29,526 nucleotides of DNA from Hadesarchaea archaeon (GCA_030619825.1 JAUXAS010000004.1:1-29526); one strand, 5' to 3'; counted from the first letter of the stretch, positions 8,061 through 16,952 are shown. Notes: generated by a model not told the origin, from the sequence alone. A program made the numbers and translations.

Positions 8061-8969
8061 TTACAGTAATCGCCTGAGTTTACTTAGTATGGTGCTCGTT
8101 GTTTCTACTACAACAACGTTTGGCCTTGATAACAATTGAGAAAGAAAGAATAATGTATCTATTTTACGACGTATCCATATTGGGTCGCTTGTATGAACAA
8201 GACCAATGCTACAATTATTCGCGGCTTTTATGAATTCAGTTAGACCTACGAAGTATTCACTTAAGTGTTGTTTCATGTCCGTGAATTCCACGTATTTAGC
8301 GGTTTCTTTGTATTTGGCGTTTCCCGATTTGGGTGGACTCGAGGCGAGGTTTACACCAAGTTTGTAGTTCTCAGAATCGAATGTTCTTAGGATAGAACTC
8401 AAAGGAATATACATGTCGCCCCCTATGATCTTAACGAAGAGAAATTCATTGTGAGGTTTTTGCCGTTTTGTCACGTACTTTGCTCCAGTTCGAAATCTGT
8501 CAAACCATGACCATTCTAACCCAAGATATTGCATAAACATGTAGGCCGCACCCATTCCGAAGTATTGCTTTGGGGGCATCCCATAGCTCTCCCTCTTTAG
8601 CTGGACAAACAGAAGTTTATCTTGCATAGAATTGATGGGGAACTCAACAGCGTAATCGGCGCCTGTTATGCTCTCGGCAGGAATACCTTTCGTTACACCC
8701 ATCGGATCGTGGACAGCAATAATGTAGGATTTTTTTCCGCTAAGATTCACCGTGGTCCTTGCCACCGGCTCAGTTCGTTGGTCGATGTCGATTTTCATGT
8801 TTTTTTCTCTGGCGAATTCCTTACTCCACCGCTTGATTTCCTCACATATGCTGATCCTCTCTCCTTTAAGCTCACTAGGAAACGCACGCGATAAGATGGT
8901 TTCAATATTCCCTATCATCGCTAACCTTGTTGGGTCAACTTGCTCTTCCATTTGACCACTTATCGCCAT
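8061..8969 (-). CDS. Putative PD-(D/E)XK-like nuclease (AD...QxK variant)
   Basis: ESITGADYAV...LLFVQLKR fits the E..GAD...QxK catalytic pattern. 302 aa, AT-rich. Confidence 0.55.
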   Translation of the reverse strand: MAISGQMEEQVDPTRLAMIGNIETILSRAFPSELKGERISICEEIKRWSKEFAREKNMKIDIDQRTEPVARTTVNLSGKKSYIIAVHDPMGVTKGIPAESITGADYAVEFPINSMQDKLLFVQLKRESYGMPPKQYFGMGAAYMFMQYLGLEWSWFDRFRTGAKYVTKRQKPHNEFLFVKIIGGDMYIPLSSILRTFDSENYKLGVNLASSPPKSGNAKYKETAKYVEFTDMKQHLSEYFVGLTEFIKAANNCSIGLVHTSDPIWIRRKIDTLFFLSQLLSRPNVVVVETTSTILSKLRRLL

Positions 8970-9042
8970 CTGACAATTCTTCGGATACCATCTCGATCAT
9001 GCTGTCCCTATAAGAACTGGCTACATCGGATATGTAAATTCT

Positions 9043-9082
9043 GTGGGGGTGGTATTAGGAGTTTGAACCCAGATTTGTACCC
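9043..9082 (-). repeat. Degenerate tRNA-3'-end-like repeat, copy 1
   Basis: gtttgaacccagatttgtaccc matches the copy at 23769 at 21 of 22 nt. Confidence 0.6.
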
Positions 9083-9127
9083 TCTAGAACCTACTCTAAA
9101 AATAATTTGTCTGCTTCGATAAACCTA

Positions 9128-9165
9128 TGGTGCGGACAATGGGATTTCACCCAAGCTTTGGACCC
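9128..9165 (-). repeat. Degenerate tRNA-3'-end-like repeat, copy 2
   Basis: tggtgcggacaatgggatttcacccaagctttggaccc; the reverse complement ends ...CCGCACCA. Confidence 0.5.
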
Positions 9166-9262
9166 AGAGGCCAAAAAGGCCAAGGGAACAATTGACATTC
9201 GTTAGAATTTATGCACAAAGTGCACAGAAAGCGAGGTTCAAATACGAGTAAAGATAAATTTT

Positions 9263-10711
9263 ATGGGGACATTTTTGGGAAAACATCGCCATCCTTGGGC
9301 CCTCAAACAAATCGACACATTGCTTGAGATAGGCAAAAAGCTACGTTATAACGTATGCACTATTACTTCGGAGCAAGAGAAACAGATCCACCGGGGATAT
9401 ATTGATGTCGCGTGGTACTTCGGACCTCTCATGGACAAGACGTGTTATCTAGCTGCTTTCGAAATCGAGACATCAAAATCGGATTGGGAAAGGATAAGAA
9501 GCAACTCTGCCAAAGTTGCGGTTTTGAATCCATTTATTTTTGCACATATCTTTGGGCCTACCACACAACTAACTGAGAGTGAAAGAAAGGAATTAATAGG
9601 ACTGCACCATGGGCATAATGCATATGTGATCGACAACGAGAAAGAGCTGAAAAAATTTTACAGTGACTTGGAAATATTACTTTCCCCAGAAAAAGTGCTC
9701 GCCAAATTTAGTGAATCTATGCCTTGGCTAAGATGGAAGATAGAAACTAATTTAGAAGGTTTCCAGAAAAAACTTTGGGAATACTACTGGGCCCACGTAC
9801 CCTGCGTTAACTTAGTAATGTGGATGTGGCTAGTATTTAACAGCATCACAGAAAATTTACCGAGAGAAGTTGGATTTTACAACAGCGAATACAGAACTGA
9901 TATTCCTGGCCCGCCGAAGACTAACTTCAAGTTAAAACTAAAATTTGAGTTTGACTCAAATAGCTTTTTAAAATGGTTATCCAGCAAGGAAGGTAAGGAA
10001 TGGTGTGAACAGAAGAAAAAGATAAACCTTGAACTATTTCAAAAAGATCAACGGGCCTTTGTCTTTTCTCCGCTCGGCATTTATTATGATAATGAAGCAT
10101 TTCATGGATGCCGATACCCCCTTTGGGAAGCGGAAAAAGAAGCAATTCTGCTAGAACATGGAATAAAGCCGATCTGGGAAATTAAGTTTGATAAAAATTT
10201 GCCATACAAGATTGTGTTGGCTAGGCTGGAAAATGAAATGAGCTTAGACATGATTTATGAAGCGATTTTACGATCTTACCTTCAATTCAATAAACGTCAG
10301 CCCCCCAAGGAAAAATGGCCTCTTTCAAGTTGTGCCCTCAAGGCTCTAGAACAAACAATGTTGGAATACCTCAAACATACAAGCGTAGAAGAATCTATTC
10401 AACTTCTTTACGAAAAAAAGATATCCCGCTTTAAAGAAGTTTTTGAATGCATTGAAAAATCTCTTGTTCACGAAAGGAAAGATACCTCTAAAACCTTGCT
10501 GAAGAAACTCGAAGAAATAAAAAAGAAGTACAATGAGATTTTAGCCACGCCACCTGAAACATACTCCAAATTCCTCCCGCTCATTACACGTAGAGAGGCA
10601 TATAACGCGAGTGTTTCTCAGGCTCTCAAAGAATCTATCATGCGAATTGGTATGATACTTCCAATATTGACAACGAAAAAACAGGGATCTAAAAAAGTGT
10701 CCGTAGCTTGA
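9263..10711 (+). CDS. Protein with an N-terminal PD-(D/E)XK-like nuclease domain and a long uncharacterised C-terminal region
   Basis: GYIDVAW...AAFEIETS near aa 46-70; 482-aa AT-rich ORF. Confidence 0.6.
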   Translation: MGTFLGKHRHPWALKQIDTLLEIGKKLRYNVCTITSEQEKQIHRGYIDVAWYFGPLMDKTCYLAAFEIETSKSDWERIRSNSAKVAVLNPFIFAHIFGPTTQLTESERKELIGLHHGHNAYVIDNEKELKKFYSDLEILLSPEKVLAKFSESMPWLRWKIETNLEGFQKKLWEYYWAHVPCVNLVMWMWLVFNSITENLPREVGFYNSEYRTDIPGPPKTNFKLKLKFEFDSNSFLKWLSSKEGKEWCEQKKKINLELFQKDQRAFVFSPLGIYYDNEAFHGCRYPLWEAEKEAILLEHGIKPIWEIKFDKNLPYKIVLARLENEMSLDMIYEAILRSYLQFNKRQPPKEKWPLSSCALKALEQTMLEYLKHTSVEESIQLLYEKKISRFKEVFECIEKSLVHERKDTSKTLLKKLEEIKKKYNEILATPPETYSKFLPLITRREAYNASVSQALKESIMRIGMILPILTTKKQGSKKVSVA

Positions 10712-10859
10712 CTCACTAGGTTAAGAAACAGATAACACTACTCTCCTGTTTTCTGTAGAAGAAAAAGATGGTCAGCAAAAGGCAGCTTAATCACTAGATG
10801 TAGCGGTCGCTTAACTGGTTTTTAAACCCGCCCGCAACCCCTGCACAAACGTAAAAACC

Positions 10860-11000
10860 CTAGCGGTGCTTCTTCACCTGTTTCGCGTAGATCTCCCTGA
10901 CCCGCCCGAGGGTGTCCGCCTCCCCGGGTGATTTGTCCGCGCGGACCCGGGTGATCCGGGCGAAGCGCAGGGCCATCCCGCATGGATACTTGGGGCTCCT
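10860..11000 (-). pseudogene. lig: 3'-terminal fragment of archaeal ATP-dependent DNA ligase
   Basis: [41 protein letters not shown] matches the ligase C-terminus with motif VI (SPKY..G.ALRFPR..R.R.DK...ADT). It is a GC-rich patch in AT-rich flanks, and homology stops abruptly upstream of RSP. Confidence 0.8.
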
Positions 11001-11226
11001 CGGTGTGACAGGGACCGTGACGAGGGCGGACCTGTTCAAGGTTGCGGGAAATGATTTCACTACGAGTCGTTTGGGCCCGAAAACTCAGCTCATTGTTTCC
11101 TTATAAATGACCTCCACCCAAAGCCTAGGCGGGAAAAGTGCTGGCAAATGGTAAAAGAGAAAGACGTATTTTTTACGATAATAAAACGAAGAAAATACAA
11201 ATCTATAAAGGGAGGGGCGACAAAAC

Positions 11227-11526
11227 ATGAGGTTGAAGTTCGAGGACATGCGTGAGTTGCGCAAACGCGTCGTCGAACTCGTGAATGAAGAAAAGGTTAT
11301 GATAAGATGGGAACACATAAGGCCGCGTCACGACGTACGAAGGCAAGAGATTCTGGTGGCGCTGCGTTACGGCACACCGCTGAAACCAGACCGAGAAGTG
11401 GAGGGAAGATATGTCACGTGGTCGAAGCTGACGGAGGAAGGAAGAGTGATAAGAATCGTGTTCGAGGTCCAAAAAATCAACGGCGAACTCGTGGTCGTGG
11501 TAACCGCGTTCGGAGAGGAGGAATGA
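11227..11526 (+). CDS. DUF4258-like (RelE/BrnT-fold) putative RNase toxin
   Basis: 99 aa with H..R..V...EI..AL..G, GRVIRIVF and terminal VVVTAF. ATGA overlap with the zinc-finger gene. Confidence 0.7.
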   Translation: MRLKFEDMRELRKRVVELVNEEKVMIRWEHIRPRHDVRRQEILVALRYGTPLKPDREVEGRYVTWSKLTEEGRVIRIVFEVQKINGELVVVVTAFGEEE

Positions 11527-11987
11527 AGATGGAAAGGCCTAGAGATGAAGATATCCATGTCGTGACAAAGGAGGAAATGGAGGAGGTGCGCCGGCTGCTC
11601 GCAAAGGCTGACGCGCGAAAGGAGAGCCCGCTGAAAGGGGTGCGGGGCGGAATCTGCCCGGTCTGCAACCAGCCGACCATGGATTACGCTGACGACTTGG
11701 TCTACGAGAGCTACCGAACGGGGGAGCGGGTGGTGATAACGGGCCTAACGGGGACGCGGTGCAGGAATTGCAGCGATCAGGCGTACGACCTCCGATCGAG
11801 CGGAATCATCGAGCGCGTGCTTGAGGAGCGGGTGCCTGGGGGGTACGAGTGCACGATAACGACTCTTGGCGGGGAGCGATTAGGCATCTACCTGCCAAAG
11901 GATGTGGTGCGGGAGATGGACATCGAACCCAAGCAAAAGGCAATAATCAAGCTGCTAACGAGGCGCCGGATGATAATTGAGGTCTAA
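11523..11987 (+). CDS. YgiT/MqsA-type zinc-finger protein with C-terminal AbrB-like domain (putative antitoxin)
   Basis: CPVC...VVITGLTGTRCRNC zinc ribbon; LGIYLPKDVVREMDIEPKQK is AbrB-like. ATG 11523 follows GGAGAGGAGG. Confidence 0.75.
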   Translation: MKMERPRDEDIHVVTKEEMEEVRRLLAKADARKESPLKGVRGGICPVCNQPTMDYADDLVYESYRTGERVVITGLTGTRCRNCSDQAYDLRSSGIIERVLEERVPGGYECTITTLGGERLGIYLPKDVVREMDIEPKQKAIIKLLTRRRMIIEV

Positions 11988-11989
11988 GG
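11774..11989 (+). repeat. Direct repeat copy B (pairs with 1..216)
   Basis: About 92% ungapped identity to the start of the window. Confidence 0.95.
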
Positions 11990-12142
11990 GCCCAAGCGCG
12001 GGCGGACGTTAGACACCACAAGAAAGCTACTTGAATAGATTCGCGCGTGGGGAAAAAGAAGTTATTTAATGAATTGACTTTTTTGGTGTGTAAAACATGC
12101 CTAATGCTACTAATAGATGCCATTACTGAAACGCCAGATAAA

Positions 12143-12667
12143 CTATTTAGAAATTTCAATCTCCCCGGTTTTTGATGATATCCTGATGGTTTCCCACTCG
12201 TACCTCTCTTTCTCGATTGTCTTCTCTATGCTTTTTTGGATAATTCGTTGGTCCCTGTTTTCAGTCTCATGATCCATAAACACGATTCTCCTCACATTCT
12301 CATCCCTGTTCATCCCGTCGAAAATCACGAAGTCTATGGGGTCGAAAATCGCCTTCGCATCTTGGGGAAAATACCCCAAGGAGGTGAAGAGGGGATCGAC
12401 CCTTCTCAGGAGCTTCGGTAGCAGAACCCTTCTAGCGCGTTCGGTTGCTTTTTTCCTTATGATTTTTAGCTTCTCTTCCAGTTCCCCCTCTTTCTCACCA
12501 AGTTCCTCCCCTTCCGCTAACAGCTTGTCATACCAATCTATCGGAAATTTACGTTTATACGAGATTTTGATTTCGCTGAGTCGAAATATCCCCCCACACA
12601 GAGGGCAAAGACCAAAAATGTTTCTCTGCGCCTTGAAAAGACCGATAAAAGTGCTAGACCCTTTCAT
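12143..12667 (-). CDS. Holliday-junction-resolvase-like endonuclease family (Endonuc_Holl/COG4741) paralogue with degenerate active site
   Basis: PQDAKAIFDPIDFVIFDG signature; the (D/E)xK position reads MDHET; N-terminal CPLC. Confidence 0.75.
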   Translation of the reverse strand: MKGSSTFIGLFKAQRNIFGLCPLCGGIFRLSEIKISYKRKFPIDWYDKLLAEGEELGEKEGELEEKLKIIRKKATERARRVLLPKLLRRVDPLFTSLGYFPQDAKAIFDPIDFVIFDGMNRDENVRRIVFMDHETENRDQRIIQKSIEKTIEKERYEWETIRISSKTGEIEISK

Positions 12668-12679
12668 AGGTTCTCACCA

Positions 12680-13171
12680 CTATTTCTTCTGGTAGACCTC
12701 CCACTCAACTTTCCTTCTTTCGATGGCGTCCTTGATTTGTCTCTGGCGCTCGTTCAATCCAGCTCCGCCTGTCTTGAGGTCTATTATCCTGATGAAGTCA
12801 ACCTTGTTCTTCTCGGCGAGCCCGTCGAAGTGGATGAAGTCAATAGGGTCGAAAAGCCCGCGACAATCCTGTGGGTTGTACTTGAAGCAGGGTAGGGCGG
12901 GCACGATTTTTTCTATAACCTTCCCCACGTTGACGCTGAGGGCTGCCTTTGTGGCCCGTTCTTTTGCCTTTCTACGCCTTTCCCTCAGTTCTTTGCCCCT
13001 CCCTTTGAGCTCCTTCATCCACTCCGCCACCCTTTCCTTAGCCCGAGGGGTGAAGCGGTCGCCGTAGAAAAACTCCACCTTGGCCAGCTGGAAGCTATCC
13101 CCGCAGTTGGGGCACTCGCCATACAAATTTTTGTCAGATTGCAGAATGCGAATGATGTCAGCTTCCCTCAT
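12680..13171 (-). CDS. Holliday-junction-resolvase-like endonuclease family (Endonuc_Holl/COG4741)
   Basis: GKVIEKIVP...PQDCRGLFDPIDFIHFDG...IDLKTG...LNERQRQIKDAIE; N-terminal CPNC. Confidence 0.85.
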   Translation of the reverse strand: MREADIIRILQSDKNLYGECPNCGDSFQLAKVEFFYGDRFTPRAKERVAEWMKELKGRGKELRERRRKAKERATKAALSVNVGKVIEKIVPALPCFKYNPQDCRGLFDPIDFIHFDGLAEKNKVDFIRIIDLKTGGAGLNERQRQIKDAIERRKVEWEVYQKK

Positions 13172-13185
13172 GGTCGCCCCTGCTT

Positions 13186-14742
13186 TCAGATTTCATATGG
13201 TTCCCGCAGTTTAATCTTTTCATGAACCTGCCCAGCCAGTCCTTTGAACTCTCCTGGGTGCTCCGTGTGAACTGGAAATATCTGCCTGGGCTTAATCTCA
13301 CGCACGAAAGCCTTGAGCTCGACCCCGGAAACGTGCCCCGAGGCGTGTACGTGGAGCAGTTCGTGGTCGGGAGGGTTAAGCTTGAAGTGCCTCATCCAGG
13401 CCTTCTTCCGCTCCTCTTCGATCATCCCCTCCTCGTCGTAGGGCTCCGATGAGGCCGAGACGAAGAGGCCCCCCTCCGGAGGCTGCAGGTCGATGAGCTC
13501 GTTGAAATCCCAGAAGGAGAGGTACACGAGGTAGCGCGAGGGGTCGGCCTTGATCTGATAGGCCCGTATCCCATCTTTGAGGTGTCGGGTATCGGGGCCC
13601 CCTTTATCCCAGTCGGAGCTGAACCCCGCGAGGTACTTCGACCTGGTGTAGTCGCCTAGGGAGTATAACATGCTGCCCTTCCGGGAGACGTAAACCTTCA
13701 CTTTCGGGTCGCTCTCCATCTCCCCGCCGCGCCCCAGCTTGTTGAGCAGGTAAGCGGTACGGGCTGATATCGCGAACGTCTTCCCGCCGGCTCGAGCGGC
13801 CTCCCGAAGAGTTTCAAAGCGGGTCAGGTCCTTCCACGCAAAATCAACCCCGACGAACCCCTTGGCCTTCGAGACAAGCTCGGTGCACTCGGCCTGGACG
13901 CGCTCCTCGGAGTCCGGCTCGGTCTCGTCCACACGTGTCCCCTCACTTATCATCACGTCGGGCTCGAGCCCCTTGACCGCATCCTGGAAGCGCTTGGTCG
14001 CCTCGGCCTGCCTTCCGTGGAACCTGAAGTCCCCCGTGTAGAGCACGCGCTTGCCGTCGGAGGTCGTGATCAGATAGGCCACAGCCCCGAGAATCGAGTG
14101 ATCAACGGTGAAGGTCTGGACGTGCAGCCCCCCGATTTTGAGGATATTCCCCGGGGTGAAAATCTTGAACCCGCGGGCAACCTCATTTCCTCTCTTTATC
14201 GTTGGTTTGCCTGGGAAAGCCCCTCTCTTGATGCGATCGGCCCTCCAAGGCTTGACCTTGGTGAACTCATCCCAGCTTATCTCCTCCATGGTCTCCAGCA
14301 CCCGCAGCGTGACCTCGGAGCAGTAAATCGGGACCCGCGGGTCGAGGTAGGGGATGTAGCCGCAGTGGTCGATGTGGGCGTGGGTGAGGAGGACCCCCGT
14401 GAGCCAGGATTTCCCATCGCGCTTGAGCACGTCTCCGTAGCTCTGGAGCTGCGGGGTCCAGTAGGACGTGTCCTCGATGCCGAGCTCTCTGAGTGCATTG
14501 TCGATCTTCGGGACGTGCACGAGGTCGTCCCTGTAAATCCCGTCGAGGCGGGGAATGAGCCCCATTCGGAGGAGGTCCCGGATGCCCCCCTTCGAGCGGG
14601 GACCCATGAAATCACCGTAGAATTCGCCCTTTTGTCCGAAACTGAGGCCGAAGTCGAGCCAGAGGCGGGTGTCGCGGTCCTCGAGCAGGATCTTGTTGCC
14701 GCCGACCTCGCCTAAGCCGCCGTAAAAAGTGAGCTTTGTCAT
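13186..14742 (-). CDS. Metallo-beta-lactamase/beta-CASP nuclease (RNase J-like)
   Basis: YGGLGEVGGN, DFG, THAHIDH, DHS, YTGDFRFHG, HASGH, PVHTEH. Start set at ATG 14742 (MTKLTFYGG). Confidence 0.9.
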   Translation of the reverse strand: MTKLTFYGGLGEVGGNKILLEDRDTRLWLDFGLSFGQKGEFYGDFMGPRSKGGIRDLLRMGLIPRLDGIYRDDLVHVPKIDNALRELGIEDTSYWTPQLQSYGDVLKRDGKSWLTGVLLTHAHIDHCGYIPYLDPRVPIYCSEVTLRVLETMEEISWDEFTKVKPWRADRIKRGAFPGKPTIKRGNEVARGFKIFTPGNILKIGGLHVQTFTVDHSILGAVAYLITTSDGKRVLYTGDFRFHGRQAEATKRFQDAVKGLEPDVMISEGTRVDETEPDSEERVQAECTELVSKAKGFVGVDFAWKDLTRFETLREAARAGGKTFAISARTAYLLNKLGRGGEMESDPKVKVYVSRKGSMLYSLGDYTRSKYLAGFSSDWDKGGPDTRHLKDGIRAYQIKADPSRYLVYLSFWDFNELIDLQPPEGGLFVSASSEPYDEEGMIEEERKKAWMRHFKLNPPDHELLHVHASGHVSGVELKAFVREIKPRQIFPVHTEHPGEFKGLAGQVHEKIKLREPYEI

Positions 14743-15105
14743 TTGCTTGCCTCGAAACGAATGGATTGCGCGAATGTAAAACTTTAACTTTTGCCCGAGT
14801 TTGAGTAATTTTTTCCCCAGGGAATCTAGCGACCAAATGAGAACTGCTCCAAGAGCTCGGGAGGCCACAACCCCTCCAGTGCTATGCGTTCCAGCATTTG
14901 ACTACGAAGACGTGCTTTTCTTCCTACGCATTATAAGAAAAGCCAGGAAATTCCTTTGCTTACAACGAATTATAAGAAATTCCTGTTATCTATTGTACGA
15001 AGGACTTAAATGAACCTGTCTCAAATTCGACGAGCAAAACTGGTGCACTCTTCTAGCCTTCGATACTGCTTCAACTGTTCCAAGAACTTGTGGGCAATTG
15101 AGTAA

Positions 15106-15135
15106 CTTTTTTATACTATCGGATACATTATGTAT
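15106..15135 (+). promoter_or_regulatory. TATA-like box and palindromic operator upstream of the wHTH-MNT/HEPN pair
   Basis: TTTTTATA about 25 nt before ATG 15138, and the perfect palindrome ATACAT-T-ATGTAT at 15123-15135. Confidence 0.5.
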
Positions 15136-15137
15136 TC

Positions 15138-15707
15138 ATGCTCGAATCGATAATTGGCTCAAAAACGAGGGTCAAAATTTTGGCTCTGTTCCTCCTTAGC
15201 CCAGATAGAAAATTATACGTCAGGGAGCTCGCGAGGAAAACTGGCGGGAATATCAACTCTGTGCGAAGGGAACTGCAGAAATTGGAGTCCATAGGTCTAC
15301 TGAAGAGCGAGAGGGTGGGAAACCTGAAGTATTACGTGGTGGATAAAAAAATGCCGATCTATGAGGAACTAAAAAGTATATTTCTGAAGACGGAGGGGCT
15401 AGGCGAGGTCATAAAAGAAAATTTGTCTGGACTCGGCGAGGTGAAACTTGCCTTTATTTATGGCTCGTTCGCAAGGGGAGAGGAGCAGTTGAAAAGCGAT
15501 ATAGACCTCATGATCGTCGGAGAGGTCGATGAGAAGAAGTTGATACCCCTGATTAGAAAGTTGGAGGAGCGGCTGTCGAGGGAGATAAACTACACGCTGT
15601 TCAGCCCTAGGGAGTTCGAGTCAAGGGTAAAGAAAAAGGACCCATTCGTCAGCAATGTGTTGAGGGAGAAGAAGATCCAGCTTGTGGGTGAGCCGAGTGA
15701 AGTTTAA
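15138..15707 (+). CDS. wHTH-fused minimal nucleotidyltransferase (MNT antitoxin)
   Basis: N-terminal ArsR-like wHTH (YVRELARK...SVRRELQKLESIGLL) and IYGSFARGE...SDIDLMIV. Confidence 0.9.
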   Translation: MLESIIGSKTRVKILALFLLSPDRKLYVRELARKTGGNINSVRRELQKLESIGLLKSERVGNLKYYVVDKKMPIYEELKSIFLKTEGLGEVIKENLSGLGEVKLAFIYGSFARGEEQLKSDIDLMIVGEVDEKKLIPLIRKLEERLSREINYTLFSPREFESRVKKKDPFVSNVLREKKIQLVGEPSEV

Positions 15708-16134
15708 GGAATTGGAAAGGGAGGGCCTGATAAAAAGCCTGCCGGTGAACAAGAGGAAGGTCAAGGACTCATTCAAACTCGCCGAGAGGGATTTGAAAAC
15801 AGCCACAAAAATTCTAAAGGATGACCACGACTGGGCTTTCTCCATCGCGTACAATTCCATGCTTCAGGCAGCGAGGGCATTGATGTTCTCCTGTGGCTAT
15901 AGACCCTCGGGTGAGGCTCAGCACGTGTCAGCGGTAAAGTTCGTCGAGGCATTCTTGAGCAAAGAATTTACGGATGTTGTCATTGCGTTCGATAGGATGA
16001 GGAGGAAGAGGCACCTTGCGATCTATGATAGCACCGGTGCTGTATCCGAAACGGATGCTAGAAACGCAATCAAATGGGCGGAAAAATTTCTCAATGAAAT
16101 GAAAAAGATTTTGACTGAAGGCGGTTTTATTTAG
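15697..16134 (+). CDS. HEPN-domain protein (MNT partner)
   Basis: AERDL..A, AYNSMLQAARAL, H...V, RRKRHLAIY. GTG start after GGTGA, overlapping the MNT gene. Confidence 0.85.
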   Translation: MKFKELEREGLIKSLPVNKRKVKDSFKLAERDLKTATKILKDDHDWAFSIAYNSMLQAARALMFSCGYRPSGEAQHVSAVKFVEAFLSKEFTDVVIAFDRMRRKRHLAIYDSTGAVSETDARNAIKWAEKFLNEMKKILTEGGFI

Positions 16135-16787
16135 TGGGGATCCTTATGGCCGAACCCATCACGCTCAGCGTTACAAGCCTCCAATCGGCCCTCAACTGCC
16201 CGCTCTGCTTCTGGATTGCCGAGCGGTTGGGTTCGCCCCCATCCATCTTCGCCCGTATCACCTCCCAGATGGACTCCGTAATCAAGGGGTACATGCGCCA
16301 GTTCATCGGGGGTTCGGATTTACCTGAATGGTTCCCCGTTCGCGGCACGCTCCTGGACGCCAGCCAAACGCTGAGGGCAACTGACCCGGCTACAGGAATC
16401 ACCGTAGCGGGAAAGCTCGATGCTCTGGTGAAAACCCCTGACGGAAAATACCACATTGTCGACTACAAGACGGGCAGGCCACCCGAGGAGGTCCCATACT
16501 ACTACCAGATGCAGCTCGACGGGTACGCCTACCTGCTCGAGCGAAACGGGTACCAGCCCGTGGCGGGAGGCGTGCTGCTGTATTTCACCCCTCAGCACGG
16601 GGACCTGGGAAAGGGACTCTTCCCGTTCAAGATAACCGCGGTGCGCGCGTCAGTCGATTCGAGCAGGGTCCTAGACACCCTCGCGCGGGCCAAGGAAATC
16701 ATCAATGCAACCACCCCGCCTACCCGGAGCGAGGACTGCGAGATGTGCATGTGGCGGGAGCAGGTCGAGCAAAGATTGTCCGAATGA
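16134..16787 (+). CDS. RecB/Cas4-like PD-(D/E)XK nuclease with four Cys
   Basis: CPLCFW, GKLDAL, IVDYKTG, QLDGY, CEMC. Start may be ATG 16146. Confidence 0.85.
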   Translation: MGILMAEPITLSVTSLQSALNCPLCFWIAERLGSPPSIFARITSQMDSVIKGYMRQFIGGSDLPEWFPVRGTLLDASQTLRATDPATGITVAGKLDALVKTPDGKYHIVDYKTGRPPEEVPYYYQMQLDGYAYLLERNGYQPVAGGVLLYFTPQHGDLGKGLFPFKITAVRASVDSSRVLDTLARAKEIINATTPPTRSEDCEMCMWREQVEQRLSE

Positions 16788-16808
16788 CTGGAACGGCTCA
16801 AGCGTTTT

Positions 16809-16884
16809 CGGCGATCGACGACAGTAGTGCCAACTAAATCTAAAAATTTCACAAGTGTTTAGGCACTACACTCGGCTTTCACCG
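16809..16884. repeat. Imperfect inverted repeat (23-bp arms)
   Basis: Arms 16809-16831 and 16862-16884 match at 17 of 23 positions, including a perfect GTAGTGCC/GGCACTAC core. Confidence 0.5.
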
Positions 16885-16952
16885 GGCAAAAAGTTACCAA
16901 ATGGGTATAAATTGGAAAACCTTATTAATGTATACTTATATGGTATATATTG

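Noticed and set aside
11307..11522. N-terminal extension of the zinc-finger ORF
   Set aside because: It overlaps the DUF4258-like gene; the RBS and ATGA coupling support ATG 11523.
11982..12014. Integron attC site (GTCTAA...GTTAGAC)
   Set aside because: Only about 33 bp, below attC length, and no integron integrase or array of similar sites.
14743..14868. N-terminal extension of the beta-CASP ORF given in the ORF track
   Set aside because: Family homology begins at MTKLTFYGG (ATG 14742), and the extension overlaps an AT-rich promoter-like region.
16134..16787. CRISPR-associated cas4 / CRISPR locus
   Set aside because: No repeat-spacer array or other cas genes in the window.
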